A stretch of 64,000 bases of DNA from Camelus ferus (lineage: Eukaryota), in assembly GCF_009834535.1 (NCBI RefSeq), contig NC_045696.1, forward strand, positions 110,796,001 to 110,860,000. The letters are read 5' to 3'. Under the pieces are notes generated by a model. The model searched no databases and was not told the origin of the DNA. It saw only the letters and a list, made by a program, of their open reading frames with translations. Position numbers and translations under genes: made by a program. Positions 37,545 through 51,286 of the stretch are shown here, in pieces. How positions within the stretch are numbered: position 1 is the first letter of the stretch; each line of letters starts with the position of its first letter.

Positions 37545-39300
37545 TTAAAAATTTTTTTACTTTAGTTTTTTAAAAGTATAATTGACTTATAGTATTTTAT
37601 TACTTTCAGGTGTACAGCATAGTGATTTGATGTTTTCATACATGATGGCATACCATTTGTCATCATACAAAATTATTACAATATTATTGACTATATTCTC
37701 TATGCTGTACTTTATATCCCCATGACCTATTTTATAACTAGAAGTATGTACCTCTTAATTCCCTTCTCCTATTTTCTCATCCCCCCATCCCCTTACCCTT
37801 TGGCAAATACAAGTTTGTTCTCTGTATCTTAAGTCTGTTTTTGTTTTGATATGTTTGTTTTGTTTTTTAGATTTTACATATAAGTTAAATCTTACAGTAT
37901 TTGTCTGACTGATTTCACTTAGCATAATACCCTTTATGTCTATCCATGATGTTACAAATGGCAAGGTTTTTTTGTGGTTGAGTAATATTCCATTATATAT
38001 ATTTATATATATAAATTCTTCTTTATCCATTCATCTATCAATGGACACTTAGGTTGCTTCCATATCTTGGCTATTGTAAATAATGCTGCAATGAACATTG
38101 GGGTGCATATATTTTTTCAAATTTGTGTTTTCTTTTCCTTTGGATAAATACGCAGAAGCAGAATTGCTGGATCATGTGCTGGATCTATTTTTAATCTTTT
38201 GAGAAACCTCCATACTGTTTCCCATAGTGGGTGTACCAACATACATTCCAACAGTGCACGAAGGCTCCCTTTTCTCCACATCCTCTCCAACATCCTTTCT
38301 TGTCTTTTTGATAATAGCCACTCAGACAGATGTGGTTTTAATTGTGGTTTTGATTTGCATTTCCCTGATGATTACTGATGTTGAGCATCTTTTCCTGTAC
38401 CTGTTGGCCATCTGTGTGTCTTCTTTGGAAAAATGTCTATTCAGGTCCTCTGCCCATTTTAAAATCATATACATAACATCATCTTAAGCCATTCATCTCG
38501 GCTACTGTGAATTATGCTGCAGTGAACATGGGAGTGCAGGTGTCTCTACAAGACAGTGATTTCACTGCCTTCAGATAAATACCCCAAAATGGGATTGCTG
38601 GATCAAAGAGCAGTTCTAGTTTTAATTTTTGAAGACTCTCCTTACTGTTCTCCATAATGGCTGCATACATTTACACTAACCACCCACAGTGTACAAGGGT
38701 GTCCTTTCCTCCACATCCTCAGTGACACCTGCTGGCTCTCATATTTTCATTACAGCCATTCTAACAGATGAGAGGTGGTAGCTCACTGTGGCTTTGATGT
38801 GCATTTTCTTGACGGTTAACGATGTTGAGTATCTTTTCGTGTACTTCCTGGCCATTTTGTCTTTGGAAAATATCTATTCAGTTTCTCTGCCCATTTGATT
38901 TATTTATTTTTTAAATTAACTTATTTATTTTCTTTATTGAGTTATAGTCAGTTTACAATGTTGTGTCAATTTCTCGTGTACAGCACAATTTTTCAGTCAT
39001 ACATGAATATACATATATTCATTTTCATCTTCTTTTTCACCATTTTAAAATAAAATTATTTGCTTTTTTTGTTATTGAATTGCATTAACTCAATATATTT
39101 AATGTATTCTAGATATTAACACCTTATATAATATATGGTTTGCAAGTATTTTCTCCTGTACCATAGGTTGACTTTTCATTTTGTTGATGGCTTCTTTTGT
39201 TGTATATAAGGTCTTCAGTTTGACACAGTCTTACTTGCTGATTTTTGCTTTCGTTGCTGTGCTTCTGGAATCATATCCAAAAATTATTGCCAATGTCAAG
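37545..39300 (-). mobile_element. Tandem L1MA-type fragments plus a young L1 tail (about 38897-39040)
   Basis: L1 3' UTR/ORF2 antisense sequence; the same ORF2 segment occurs twice (about 38030-38460 and 38490-38895). Confidence 0.9.
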
Positions 39301-39471
39301 GTGACTTTTTTCCTATGTAAAACTTGTATTTTAACACTCAGTGCAATAATCTTCTTTGCCACTTTTGAATCACTTTTAGTACAATCACTTGTAAACCCTT
39401 TGTTATCCATCATGTGTCAGAAATGTTCACTGGAACATGATGTGAGGAAAGAAGAAACGCAATGATGGATG

Positions 39472-39645
39472 ATGGTGCCATAACAGGGGTGGAGGGGGGA
39501 GTGGTCCCCTCTGGGTGCTGACAATCGGTGGGTGCATTGCCTGTAAAGAGTTTAAAAATAATAATAAACTAAAAGTTGGTCTGCTTTTTATTATCACCAT
39601 GCACCAGCAATTCTAAACAATGTCAGTGATAAAATACTTCTCTGT
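39472..39645 (+). mobile_element. hAT-Tip100 (MER97-like) fragment
   Basis: gggtgcattgcctgtaaagagtttaaaaataataataaaactaaaagttggtctgctttttattatcacc. Confidence 0.6.
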
Positions 39646-39787
39646 ACCTCAGCTAGTCCCCCCCCCCCCCCCACTGTCCACTTGGGACACTTCTGCCCAG
39701 AAAACACCAGATTGCTGGGCTTTTTCTATAGTGAAGGAAGCAGGGATTGCCTTCTGTATGAAAGTGTTAAAATAGCAAACGGTAAAC

Positions 39788-39985
39788 CTGTGCTGTCCAA
39801 TAAGGTAGCCACTGGCTACATGCGGTTATTTACATTTAAATCAATAAAAATAAACTAATATTAAAAATTCACTTCCTAGTTTCACTAGCCACATCTCAAG
39901 AGTTCATCAGTTCTGTGCAATTAGTGGCTACTGTACTGGATAGCATAGATATAGAACATTTCCATCATTACAGAAGGTCCTCTGA
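39788..39985. mobile_element. MER3 hAT MITE
   Basis: gtgctgtccaataaggtagccactggctacatg...gatatagaacatttccatcattacagaa. Confidence 0.8.
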
Positions 39986-41004
39986 GACTCTACCAACTGA
40001 CCACATAAAAACATATCAACTGCATACTACTCATATATTTTATATCTATTGTAATATTTCTGTAATGACTGTGGTATAACAAATCAGCATTTCATGGGGC
40101 AGCATTACATGAGATATGTTTCTACCTATAAAAGTTTGAGATTAGTTCAGTTCAATATAAATATTTCCGAGTGTCAGAACTGTGTTAAGCACTAGAGATA
40201 GCAAAGAAATGAATCCTATTCCTGCCTAGGAGGAGTTAATCATCTTTAGATGATGAGGAAACATACAAGTAAACAAATATTATATTGCAGTCTGATATAT
40301 GTTGTAATTGAAGTGTGTTTGGAGTATAGAGTCAGCACAAAGTATAGGTTTAGTAAACTCTCTCTACCTTGAAGGTGGGAGGATGTTGGTATTGGAAGCA
40401 TGTGAGGGAAAGGGCAGTATGTTCATCTAACTGAAGAAATGAAGATCTAGAATGATTTACTCCCCAAATCAGCTCAGCCCAGGCCTTTGTAAAAAGAAAT
40501 AAACAAAATGGTTTCTGGTCTTAAGGAAAAATGGCGAGATGTGTCCCTAAGGACTTCAGGCTCTGCTGTTGCTTAAATTAGAAGATGAGTTAGGTTGATG
40601 GGATTAAGAATGTCAGCTGAGGTAACGTCACAGACTGTGTATTAATTGGTAATCTGTGGTTTATAGAAAATGTAAGTTTGGTAGTGAGAAAATGGTAACA
40701 TGGATATTGAATCAAGACATGAAAGAGTAAAGAAGTGTTGAATGAATTGGGGACACGGGCAGGCTAAGGTACAGAAGTGGGGAAAAAGCAAGAAAGGGCA
40801 AAGCATATTAGGAAAACACGAAGGGATTGTCTTTGATCCAGTGTTGAATCCAATCTAGGATAAAGCTGTACTTTTCACCATCATTCCACCAGCAGATGAA
40901 CTGGAGGCCCAGAGGTAGGATAGTCTTGTCAACCCCCTAACTTCCTTTTAGGCACGTTGTTGCCTATGAAGCACTTGTAGGACAAATATAAACTGTACCT
41001 ATTG

Positions 41005-41190
41005 TGATGGATCTCAAAATGTAGTGAGCAGAAGAATCTTATGAGGAGCTTGTTAGAAATAAAGATTTGCTGGGCAAGTCCCTCCCCAAGCCCAGTAGGT
41101 TTGGCGTGCGGTCAAGAATTTGCAGTTTTAACTAGCATCCCTGGTATTTCTGATGCGGGTGATCACATTGACCACAGTCTGAGAAATACA
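41005..41190. mobile_element. MER5-like MITE
   Basis: tctcaaaatgtagtgagcagaagaatc...ggagcttgttagaaat...accacagtctgagaaa. Confidence 0.7.
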
Positions 41191-42777
41191 TACTAGTTTA
41201 TTAGAACAATGAAAAGGGGAAGGAAGAAGTCAAGATGCAGATTACTTCCCTTTCAGAAGAAGAAAAAGGATATGCAAAGTGAATATTAGTTTTGGTTTCC
41301 AATGTGGAGAGCAATTCGAATCTAGAGCAAATGACAAATGGATTTCAGAAATTAAGTCATTACGTGTAGAAATGCGCTGGCTTCACTAAGGATACTGGCT
41401 GAGAGGAAAATATTGCTTGCACTTTAAGATGTTTAATTTGCAACACATTTATTAGCAATAATTTGTTTAGTCCTATAACTGGGCACATGGGGAAGGCTTG
41501 TCTAGCCACAGCTTTAGGCAAAATGCTAAGCAGAGACTGAGTCGAGATCAAAGTCTTCGTTGCAGCCAGTATTCTGCCACCTCATGGCTCCCAAAGACAC
41601 TTTTTAAGTTTGGCTGAGAAATGTTTCCCACTCGAGATGAGGAGGAAACTCAGTGTCTCTGTGGTTCACCATTATTGATCTGCCCTAAAGGTTTTTCATC
41701 TAGGAATTTTCATGGAAGAGTGGCTCCTCTGGACAAGGGAAGGGCATGAGATGGCTGGTGTGGTTTGATGTTCTGTAACCTTGGGGATTAAAAGAGAGCA
41801 GAGAAGGTATCTGGGCTTCTGGGAACAGAATAGGGACAAAGGCTAGGAGAATGTGGCGAGGTGTTTTGAACTTCTGTGGCTTCTTTATGTTTGGTCTTGG
41901 ACATCATTCTTACCTCCATTTAATTTAGTTATTAAGTCCTTAAATGAAACAAAAAGTGTTTGTTCCTTTTTGGGTTGATGTGCAAGGGGGACCTAGGTGG
42001 ACAGGAAGTCTTGGAGAGAGTGCTAAAAGGATGACATTCCTGAAGAAAAACAGAGAACAGGCTGGCCCCCCCAGAAGCCCGCTGGGAAGGAGAGGTTAGA
42101 AGATGGAAATGCTTTTTGTAAGTGCTGAAAATCTCACTGAGTCTCATTGTTATTGGTCTTATGTAGAGTTTCATCTCCCTCGTTTTTCTGGGACTAACAC
42201 GCTCTCTCCTTCTGGACAGAAGTGTAACTATTTAGCCCAGGGGATGGAAGATGTTGCTACCAAGTGGGCCCCTCACCACGGTGCTCAAGAAAAGAGCATG
42301 AAAGTCTTCCCATAGCCAGAAGTAAATTTTTTGGGTGCCAATTGTCTTGAGGATTTATTATGGAAGATAACCCTCCTGTGACCCAGGGTAGGATTGGCAG
42401 GAGGCTGAGGCAGAGGGCGAGACCAGGGAAATTCAGGGCTGGTTGGAATGAAGAACAATGGATGATGAACGGTGAAAGGGGCAGATATGATCAAGGAATG
42501 ACAAGCATCTGGCTTGGATCTCAAAGGCTCACCTTTGAGAGACTTCCTCCTCCAACCTCCAGAGCTCCGAGTAAACCATCTAACTCATGATGTGAAAACT
42601 TGCGTCATTCAACTTCACCGTCAACAGCAACAGGAGAGGCCACTGGCTCTGCAGGCCCACTGCTGGTGTAGCTTATATTCTCTGGGTTTCCAATTTGAGG
42701 AAACTCTGACTAAGGAAAACAAAAAGTCTCAACAGATGTTGATAAATCCCTGTGGAAACTCTCTCATTGTCTAAGGC

Positions 42778-42900
42778 AGTGGTTTTCAAAGTGTGGTCCC
42801 TGGACTAGCGGTGTTAGCGTCACCTGAGAAATGGTTAGAAGTGCAAATTCTTGAGTCCCAGTCCCAACCTACAGTATCAGGCACTCTGGATCTTAACTCT
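42778..42900 (+). mobile_element. MER5A fragment
   Basis: cagtggttttcaaagtgtggtccctggactagc...gttagaagtgcaaattct. Confidence 0.75.
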
Positions 42901-43684
42901 GAACCTTACAAGTGCCCAACACTTAGCCAATCTGAAGACACATCTCCCCCAAAGTTCTGTAATCCCAATGCCCCTTAGCTTTAACCAGGTTACTGTTTCA
43001 GAATTTTTAAGAATTTTAGGAATTTTGGGGGGCAAGTTTCATCTCTCTTACTTGGAGCACATAAAGGAATAAATTGAAAAACCTCAATGCTTCTCTCTCC
43101 TCACCTACTGCCAGAGCTCTTAGTAGAAAAAATTAAAACGAAAGATAATTTTATTAGTAAAGAAAACTCAGAGCAAGTTGGAAAGATGCAGATGCCACAT
43201 TAAGATCAAGGTCTTGCAAAATATATATTCTTACGGGATATACAGATATTTTGTAAAAGTCATGGAAAGAGAAGAAGAAAGGGTGGAGAGAAGTAGACGC
43301 TGGGGAGTCAGCACCACCTGCTGCTCGGCCTGTGCACATTCCTGGCAGGCGCCCTCATTACTCATCCTTAATGATGGTGGTTCTCACTCTGAACACAATG
43401 GTTCTCCCAGAAGGACTGCCTCTGACTTCCTGGTGCACCACCATCTTCTGCTGCCTCAAGTGCCCACCATGTTTTCTCTTTCTGCTTTCGCTTCTGCCCT
43501 CTTTCTTGCAGATTGCATGTACATTCCTATCTATGCTGGACTAAGGTAGAATACACCGTGGCCCTTCCTACCTCTACTGGCTATCTGATGACATGTCCCC
43601 ATCCCATTACTTTAATTGTGGCTCACTCACCACCTATCTACTCTCTTTTAGCTAAAGAAGGACTCAATTCTAATAATGTCTTTC

Positions 43685-43878
43685 AGGTTCCTAGATTTAT
43701 CAAAGAAAAATATACAAAGGCTGGTTAAACTGAGTTTCAGATAAACAATGAAAATTTTTTTGTAGTATAAGTATGTCCCATGTGGTATTTGGGACATACG
43801 TATACTGAAAAAAATTATTCATTGTTTGCCTGAAATTCAAATTTAACTAGGTGTCCTGTATTTACCTGGCAAGCTTAC
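43685..43878. mobile_element. MER53 palindromic hAT MITE
   Basis: Long inverted repeat centred on agtataagtatgtccca-tgtggtatt-tgggacatacgtatact. Confidence 0.85.
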
Positions 43879-43969
43879 TTCCAGGGAACAGGGTTCCCAT
43901 TTCAGTTACCTAACCCAGAAGAGGCACTTTCTTTTAGGAAGGATCATATTTAAGGGCAGGCTTATCTGC

Positions 43970-44160
43970 ACACTGGCCACATGTTGCCACATATTGATTA
44001 TATACTGAAATGATAATATTTTAAATATATTGGATTAAAATGTATTGTGAAAATTAATTTCACCTGCTTCTTTTTACTCTTTACATGTGGCTGCTAGAAA
44101 ATTTAAATGTTTATATGGAGCTCACATTTGCAGTCTGCATTACATTTCCAATGAACACTT
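43970..44160. mobile_element. MER33-like hAT-Charlie fragment
   Basis: gaaatgataatatttt...aaaattaatttcacctgcttctttttac...atgtggctgctagaaaatttaaa. Confidence 0.7.
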
Positions 44161-46122
44161 CTGACTTCGAGCCAAAGCCAAGTCAGCGAGACCTAATAAT
44201 GACTGTCAGGCCAGGAGCCAGGTGCCAGACTGCCAGGAAGGAATTAGAGTCTCCTTGTCAGAAGCATGCTGTGGCTGAGATGGTTGGGGGTGTCCAGAAT
44301 CCTTGAGTGTAGTTTGTGTTCACAAAGTTTGCACTGTTTTTAGTTTCTCTTCTGACCAAACCTCGGTGATTTTTGAGCGATTACAGAACAAATAGGACTA
44401 GGGCTATGTTTTGTGTTACGTACACCTGGCAGTTGAATTATGACATTAGATTGAGTGGGAAGAGGCAGGATGGGGCTGTTGAAAGGGGGTGAGTTGGGAA
44501 AGGTTCTGGTTCCTGGAAGTTGTGCTGAATTGTTCTTTTTTTCACTCTTTCTTTTTCTTCCTTTGGTTTTATGATTGCAGACTGGTGGTGGCAGTATGGC
44601 TCTGACTATATTTTCTAGAAGCAGATGTCCCCATTAATTTAGAATTTTACAAACTGAAAACCACGGAGAGTGGCACTATGAAATATGAAAGAGGCAAATG
44701 AAATTTTGTCAGCCAAATTAAATTTCTGCAAGTCTCCTGACTTCTGAAAGCTATTTACAGAACTGGGCTCTTGGAAGCGGTACATACTTTCATAACTGAT
44801 AATATTTTATAATATTTTAGGATTTCACATTTTAGATCTAGGATATCAATTCTCCTTGATTTGTCACTCCTCCCCTCCGCCCCAACTATCTAACCTTCTT
44901 CTGAAGTTCTTGGAAAGTAAGGAAACATTAGTGAAAGCAAAGCAAATAAAAATTCAAGACCTTATGGAGACCCGGGGCTTGGTCTATGGTCAAATAACCT
45001 GAACTTTATCAAGTTCTACCTAAAATCCATATGCCAGCCATGCCAAACTAAAGAATCAGCTCTCAGCTGCAGCATCCACCATCTGTCCATTTCCACTTTT
45101 TCTTCTTAGTCTCACCACCTGCCGCCCGGGTTGCCACATTGCTGCCCACAGATGCCTTGTCACCTGATCCTGGGATACGGTATCCAAGATTTCAGGCAGG
45201 TGGAGAGGAGTTGCTGCCACGTCCTTCAGCGGCTGACAATCTAGTGAATTTAGTGGTTATTTCATCTAATCCCGCTGCCCTCCCCTGACTCGAGGTCTTC
45301 TTGTTGGCATTGCTGTCATTATTTTGAGGACTACTGGAGTACATGTGTGATGGGTGGCTTTTCAGTAAGAGGAGCACTGATGGCATTGGCTGGCAGAATG
45401 AGGCCCAGGGGCTGCGTGCCAGATTCCATTTTGGGAGGAGAACATCTCGCTTCCTTGAAGCCTTCAGATTTCAGACCCAAAGAAGACTGAGACTGAGTGT
45501 GTAGAAGTGGTGGGTGCTGAGCAGGAAATTTGAATGTGTGCAACAGTCCTGCGACCAGCTGCACTGTCTCCCTCCTGGGGACTCCTGGCTTGTCTAGAGG
45601 GGAGTCTCAGGTACTGGTATCTGGCTTGGAGTTCTGCCAAGGGAAGCCAGAGATTTGCCAGAAACTCACCATCCACTGCTCATTGTTCCTTGTCCTAGAC
45701 AAAAAGGAAACCAGAGATGTAATGTAACTTTTCAGATAGAGGTGCCAGGGCAAATAAAAATAAAATGAAAAATTCAGAAGTCTTAGTCTCAGCTCATCAG
45801 ACCATATTACCACGTGTCAACTATTAGACTATGCCCTTCTTTCCTTATGTACTGCCTACTCGTAATCCTGTTACTCAGCATTACGCTTGTGCTATCTTGT
45901 GTTTCATGCATAAGGCAGTACAGTTTAACATGTAAAATCAGAGCTTGTATGCGGAGGGACAGGGTCTGGGTCTTAGCTTCATGTATTTTGATGGTCGTGG
46001 GGGATAGTCGGCAAGATACAAAAGGAACAAGACCCAAAGGCACTGCAAGCTCCAGTCCTGGCTGCGGCATGAAGCTGTGGAATGCCCCAACTGTTACAGC
46101 AGAGATAAGGAAAACAGATAAG

Positions 46123-47095
46123 TAGTTCCAGTTATGTATGGCAACTTAATAAACCATCTCAAAGTTAGTGGTGTAAAAGAAAAGTTATTTATTATATAAT
46201 ACTCATGAATTCTGCGTGTCATGAATTTAGAAAGGGCATGATGGAGATGGCTTGTCTCTGACCCACACTCCCTGGGGCCTCAGCTGGGAAGACTTGACAG
46301 CTAAGGCTGGAATGACCTAAAGACTTGGTCACTCACATGTCTTGTTGTTGGACTTTATCTCAGATTGTTGGCCTGAATACCTTGATGTGGCCTTTCCACA
46401 TGGCAGCCTGGGCTCCCTCACAGCATGGTGGCTGGGACCCAAGAGCAAGAATCCTAAGAGAAGCAGGTTAGGCTGCATAGCCACTTCCAGCCTAACCTTG
46501 GAAGGCATACAGCATTACTTCTGCTGGTTTTAGAAGTCCTAGGCCTCGGTCAGAATCAAGAGGGAGGGATATAGACACCACTTTTCAATCAAAGAAGTAA
46601 TAAAGAACTTTGGAATCATGTTTTAAGACACAATATCCTCGGGCCACAGTTGTTTACATTCCTCCCACATGCAAAATACTTTTCCTCTTCCCAAGTCCCT
46701 ACAGAAGTCTCACCCCATTGTGAAATCAGGCTCAGCTTCAAGGTCTAAGTGCAAATGAGGCTCCCTGGGTCTGATTCCTCAAGGTCAGCTCCTTAAGTTC
46801 CATCCTTCTCAATCTGAAGATTGAGAACTGAAGAGATGATCGTCCCACTATGGTGGGACAGGCATGGGGTTAACAGCAATAGACACTTCAAAGAGAAGGA
46901 AAACAGAAGGTACACAGCAGGCACTGAAATTCTGAAATTGTGAAATCCATGTGACTGAAAGGCACATGTGACTAATTTCTTACTAGGGCTCAGCGCTATT
47001 ATCTGGGAATATTAATTCTGTGGCTCTTGACTCTGTTCTTTGGGCTCTTAGTTTTGCATTCTGAGTTACCCTTCCTTTTGCAAAAGAAATAGACT
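46123..47095 (-). mobile_element. MaLR LTR (MLT1F/G-like) with adjoining internal sequence
   Basis: LTR motifs (ggggcctcagctgggaagactt) to about 46635, then MLT1-int-like tttacattcctcccacatgcaaaatac. Confidence 0.7.
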
Positions 47096-47857
47096 CCTAG
47101 GTAATGCCAGAAGGTTTGGGAAGGAAAGCAACCAACACCTGTCCCTCGGGAGCAGAGCACTGGCCCCTCGGTTTGATTTGGAAGAAGGTATCTGGCAGTT
47201 CCTGGGCATAGAGACCGGTGATGAAGTGAGACACAGCTCTGGTCCTTGCTGAGGGAACTAGATAGAAATTCATGTCCCATATCTCATACAAAGTGAGGGA
47301 GAGTGGAGGATCCAGGTAGATGCAGGAATTTTCTTATAAGACAAAGAGTGAAGCTATGTCACTCCATGTGAAGTTGGTTAAATCAGCAGAAAATTTATGC
47401 TTTTTTTTTTCCCAATCTTAGTTCACTACCTAGAAGTCAGTCAGGACCCTTTGAGAGCTGTGTTTTTCCCAGCAATGTTAATATAATGCATTAACTTGTT
47501 GTTTCTGGGTGACATAGTAAAGGAGTTCTAACCTGCAGTAGTTTTCATTCAGAGCTACTAGAATATTTTAACTCAGTTTATATTTCACGTACTTCCAAAT
47601 AGGATTGAGGCAAATGTATAATAAAAAAACAAGATTATCAAAATAAAAATAAAGGATCAAAAACTATGTAAACAGTGTGCAAATAATTAGTTAATTTAGT
47701 AACAGTGACTGAATATTAAATTTGCTCTGAGCCTCATTCCAGAAAAAACTCTAATACAGCCATGTCTTTTTGACATATCTTTGAAAATGTACAAATGTCT
47801 GAATATTTGCTCCTAGAAATATTTACTTCTAGCTTCTTTAAAGATAAAACTTCTCTT

Positions 47858-50308
47858 GGAGGGAGAAGCTGAGATGGCAGAGTAGAGAGACTCACAGCTC
47901 ACCTTATTCCACAAATACACCAAGAATTACACCTGTAAACCCACTGAATTGCACAGAACACCTACTGAACTCTGGCAGAGTGTCTCTCATTTCAAAATAT
48001 AGGGGGATTCTCACAAAATCCGGTAAGAAAAAGATAAAAGAAAAATTCGGTGCAGGACCGGTCCTACAGGGAGGGAGCAGCAAAGGAAGAAAGGCACCCT
48101 TAACCTAAGATCGGTGAGGAGCCCAGGGAGAGGGCTGGGCCCACTGCACAGAGGCAGCCTCAGGGGACTGGAGGGCAGCATGAGCTCTGGCTGGGGGTGT
48201 GTGTGGAATAGATCAGCCTGGGACCCCCATAAAAAAGCAAGACTTTTGGTGGTGAGGGGACACAGTGCAGCTGTGCCATAACTGCTTTCTCTGCTTGGCT
48301 CCATTGTTGGCATGTTCTCATGAGAAGAGAGGTGGGGCTCGGTCATAGCCAACACTGCTGTGCGGAGGTGGGGCTGAAAGAGGAAATCATGCCCAGTGGC
48401 CCTGAAACTTCACAGGTGGAACTGAGATTTGTTTACAGCCCAAGGCAGAGAGGACAGACTTACTCTCTCTGGATCCTTTGTGGACCTGTGCCTCTGGGAT
48501 GGACAGGCAGTGAGTGGAGTTCTGACTCATGGCGGGGGCAAGTACGGGTATTTACAACAGGCCAGCCTACAGTACCATATATGGGGGCAGGGCTGGGGTC
48601 TGTGCTGACCCTGTGGTGGATCACAGATGCAGGTGTGTGACTATACGTTTGCTATGATGGGTCCAAGTACCTGACATTGGCGGATCTGCACTGGTGGTTC
48701 CTGCAACTCAGAACCTGGGGGACACCAGAACATACGGCCAACGTTCCCACAGCTAAGGCAGGGACAAAGGCAGCATCAACAAAGAGCACTTTGTAAGCCC
48801 CCATAACAAGTGACAGACAGCACCACAGAGGGCACTTCCCAGTGGACATCTCCTGCCTATTTTTCTTCACAACTGAAGTGCTCCAACCCTGCCTACTACA
48901 CACCACAGCTCAGAAACGGGTCTAGAAGAAATACATAGAGCCAGAGAAATATAAGTAAATAAAGAAGCCGAGGAACCACTTTCAATTAAAAGAATAAGAG
49001 AAATCCCCTGAAAGAATGATCAATAAAATAGACCTTGATAGTATGCAAGACTTCAAAAAGGGAATGATCAATGCAAGAAAGGAACTAAAAGAGACTATTA
49101 ACAGAGACAGAGAATATTTTAAAAAGGAAATTGAAACTATAATGAAGAGCCAATTAAAAACAGAAAACTCAATTGCTGCAATAAGAGCCAAACTACAGGC
49201 AGTCAAAAGCACACTAGATAATGCAGAGGAATGAATAAGTGACTTAGAAGAGAGGATAGCAGATGTCACCCAACCAGGACAGCAGATAGAAAAGCAAATA
49301 AAAACCAATAAAAGCAGTATAAGGGACCTATGGGATATTATAAAGCATGCCAACCTATATATGATAGGGGTCCCAGAAGGAGAAGAAAGAGAAAGGGAAT
49401 TGAAAAGATATTTGAAGAAATCATGACCGAAAATTTTCCAAACCTAAAGGAGGAAACATAGCCAAGTACAGGAGGCACAGAGGGTTCCAAACAAGAAGAA
49501 CCCAAACAGATCTACACCAAGACGTATTATAATTAAGATGGCCAAGGTTGAAGATAAAGAAAGGATTCTAAAGGCAGCAAGAGAAAAACAAAGAGTTAGT
49601 TACGAAGGAACTCCCATAAGGCTTTCAGTTGATTTCTCTACACAAGCACTGCAGGCCAGAAGGGAGAGGCAAGATATATTCAAAGTCTTGAATGAGAAAA
49701 AGCTGCAACCTAGGATACTGTATCTGGCAAGACTATCTTTTAGAGCAGAAGGAGAGATCAAGAATGTCACAGACTAGCAAAAACTAAAAGAATTCAGCAA
49801 TACTAAACCTATAGTAAAAGAAATATTGAAAGGTCTACTCTAAATAGAAAAGAAATAGGAAGCTATAGAAATGAGAAAACCGTAACTGGAAATGCGATAA
49901 CTACAGTGAATTGTAAGAGAATAAACATGAAGATGTAAAAAATAAATAAAAAAGTTAAAAGAGAGGAGAGCAAGAAAATATAGATTTCTCTCCCTCTCTT
50001 ATTTTTCTTTTTTTTCTTCATTCTTTTTAGGATGTGTTTGAGCCTACATGATTGCCAATCTAAAGCAAACAGATAGAGTAAGGGGTTACCATATTTGAAT
50101 AACAGGGTAATCACAAATCAAAAGCATATAATAGAGTCACAAAAACCAAAAGAAACCAAGTTAATACAAAAGAAAATGATCCAACCAGAAAAAGAAAAAC
50201 AAAAAGGAAAAGAAAGGAACAAAGTAGAAATACCAAATTAACTGGAAACCAAAGTTCCAAATGGCAATAATTACACATCTATCAATAATTACTATAATGT
50301 GAATGGAC
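47858..50308 (+). mobile_element. L1 5' half: 5' UTR, ORF1, spacer and ORF2 start; 3' part missing
   Basis: Starts gagaagctgagatggcagagtag (YY1-like); ORF1p peptides present; ORF2 start atggcaata...aatgtgaatggac at 50261. Confidence 0.93.
48959..49843 (+). pseudogene. Disrupted L1 ORF1p
   Basis: ATG decayed to ATA; coiled-coil region, RDLWD..K..N...IGVPEGEE and KERILKAAREKQRVSYEGTPIRLSVDFS...RILYLARLSF; premature stops and frameshifts. Confidence 0.92.
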
Positions 50309-50329
50309 CACATGAAAGAATTTCATAGA

Positions 50330-50760
50330 CCTGCATCTGTGAAGGCTTTCTTGAGTGAAACAGCTGCTTAGTTGGAAGAACTGAAAGAAATTGGAGATAC
50401 AGCATATCAAGTAAGGGAGAGAACAGACAGAAAATTGACCTGGGAGGCTGACAGGGTTCAGGTTGACTAGGTTCTATAGGCCATGCTGAGGGTTTTGAAT
50501 TTTTATCTCCAGTAGTAAGGAGAGGACTGAAGGGTTATTAACAGGTTGAGACATACTAAAATTTCTTATTTAGCAAGGATCATGCTGGCTGATCTCCAGG
50601 GAATAGACTGAAGGGCATGAAAATGGGAGGGAAAAGCAAGTTCGACTGTCCACTGAGGGATGACGGTGGCTTTGACTGGAGTGATGGTGGTGTTGATGGA
50701 GAAAAGTGGGGTTGTTTCCACTGTGGGCTGAAGTTGAGTTAACAAGTTTTGGAGTACAAT
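50330..50760 (-). mobile_element. L2 fragment
   Basis: taggccatgctgagggttttgaatttttatc...aaggatcatgctggctg. Confidence 0.6.
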
Positions 50761-51013
50761 CATACAAGGATTTAAAAATACTTTAGTTAGCTGGGAAAAT
50801 GGAATAATATTGAAAATATAAACACAATTGGATGGATTTATTATGTGGAACTTCAGCAAATGGAGCCAAGACCATGGAGTGTAAGTTCTAGAGACCAAGA
50901 TTGGCTCACCATTAGGAAGTGTGTGTGTCAGAATTAGAGACTGAACAGTGGAGCAGCCTACTGGGTAGGTGGTGAGTTCCCTGTCACCAGGATATTTAAG
51001 AAGATGAATGATC

Positions 51014-51286
51014 TAGACTCATAGACATAGAATACAAACTTGTGGTTGCCAAGGGGGTGGGGGGTGGGAAGGGACAGACTGGGATTTCAAAATGTAGAAT
51101 AGATAAACAAGATTATATTGTATAGCACAGGGAAATATATACAAGATCTTATAGTAGCTCACAGCGAAAAAAAATGTGACAATGAATATATATATGTTCA
51201 TGTAAAACTGAAAAATTGTGCTCTACACTGGAATTTGACACAACATTGTAAAATGACTATAACTCAATAAAAAAATGTTAAAAAAA
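51014..51286 (+). mobile_element. Young L1 3' UTR with TSD
   Basis: G-rich tract 51053-51073 and A tail; TSD aagatgaatgatc at 51001-51013 and 51287-51299. Confidence 0.95.

Noticed and set aside
51053..51073. G-quadruplex motif
   Set aside because: A standard G-rich tract of L1 3' UTRs, not specific to this locus
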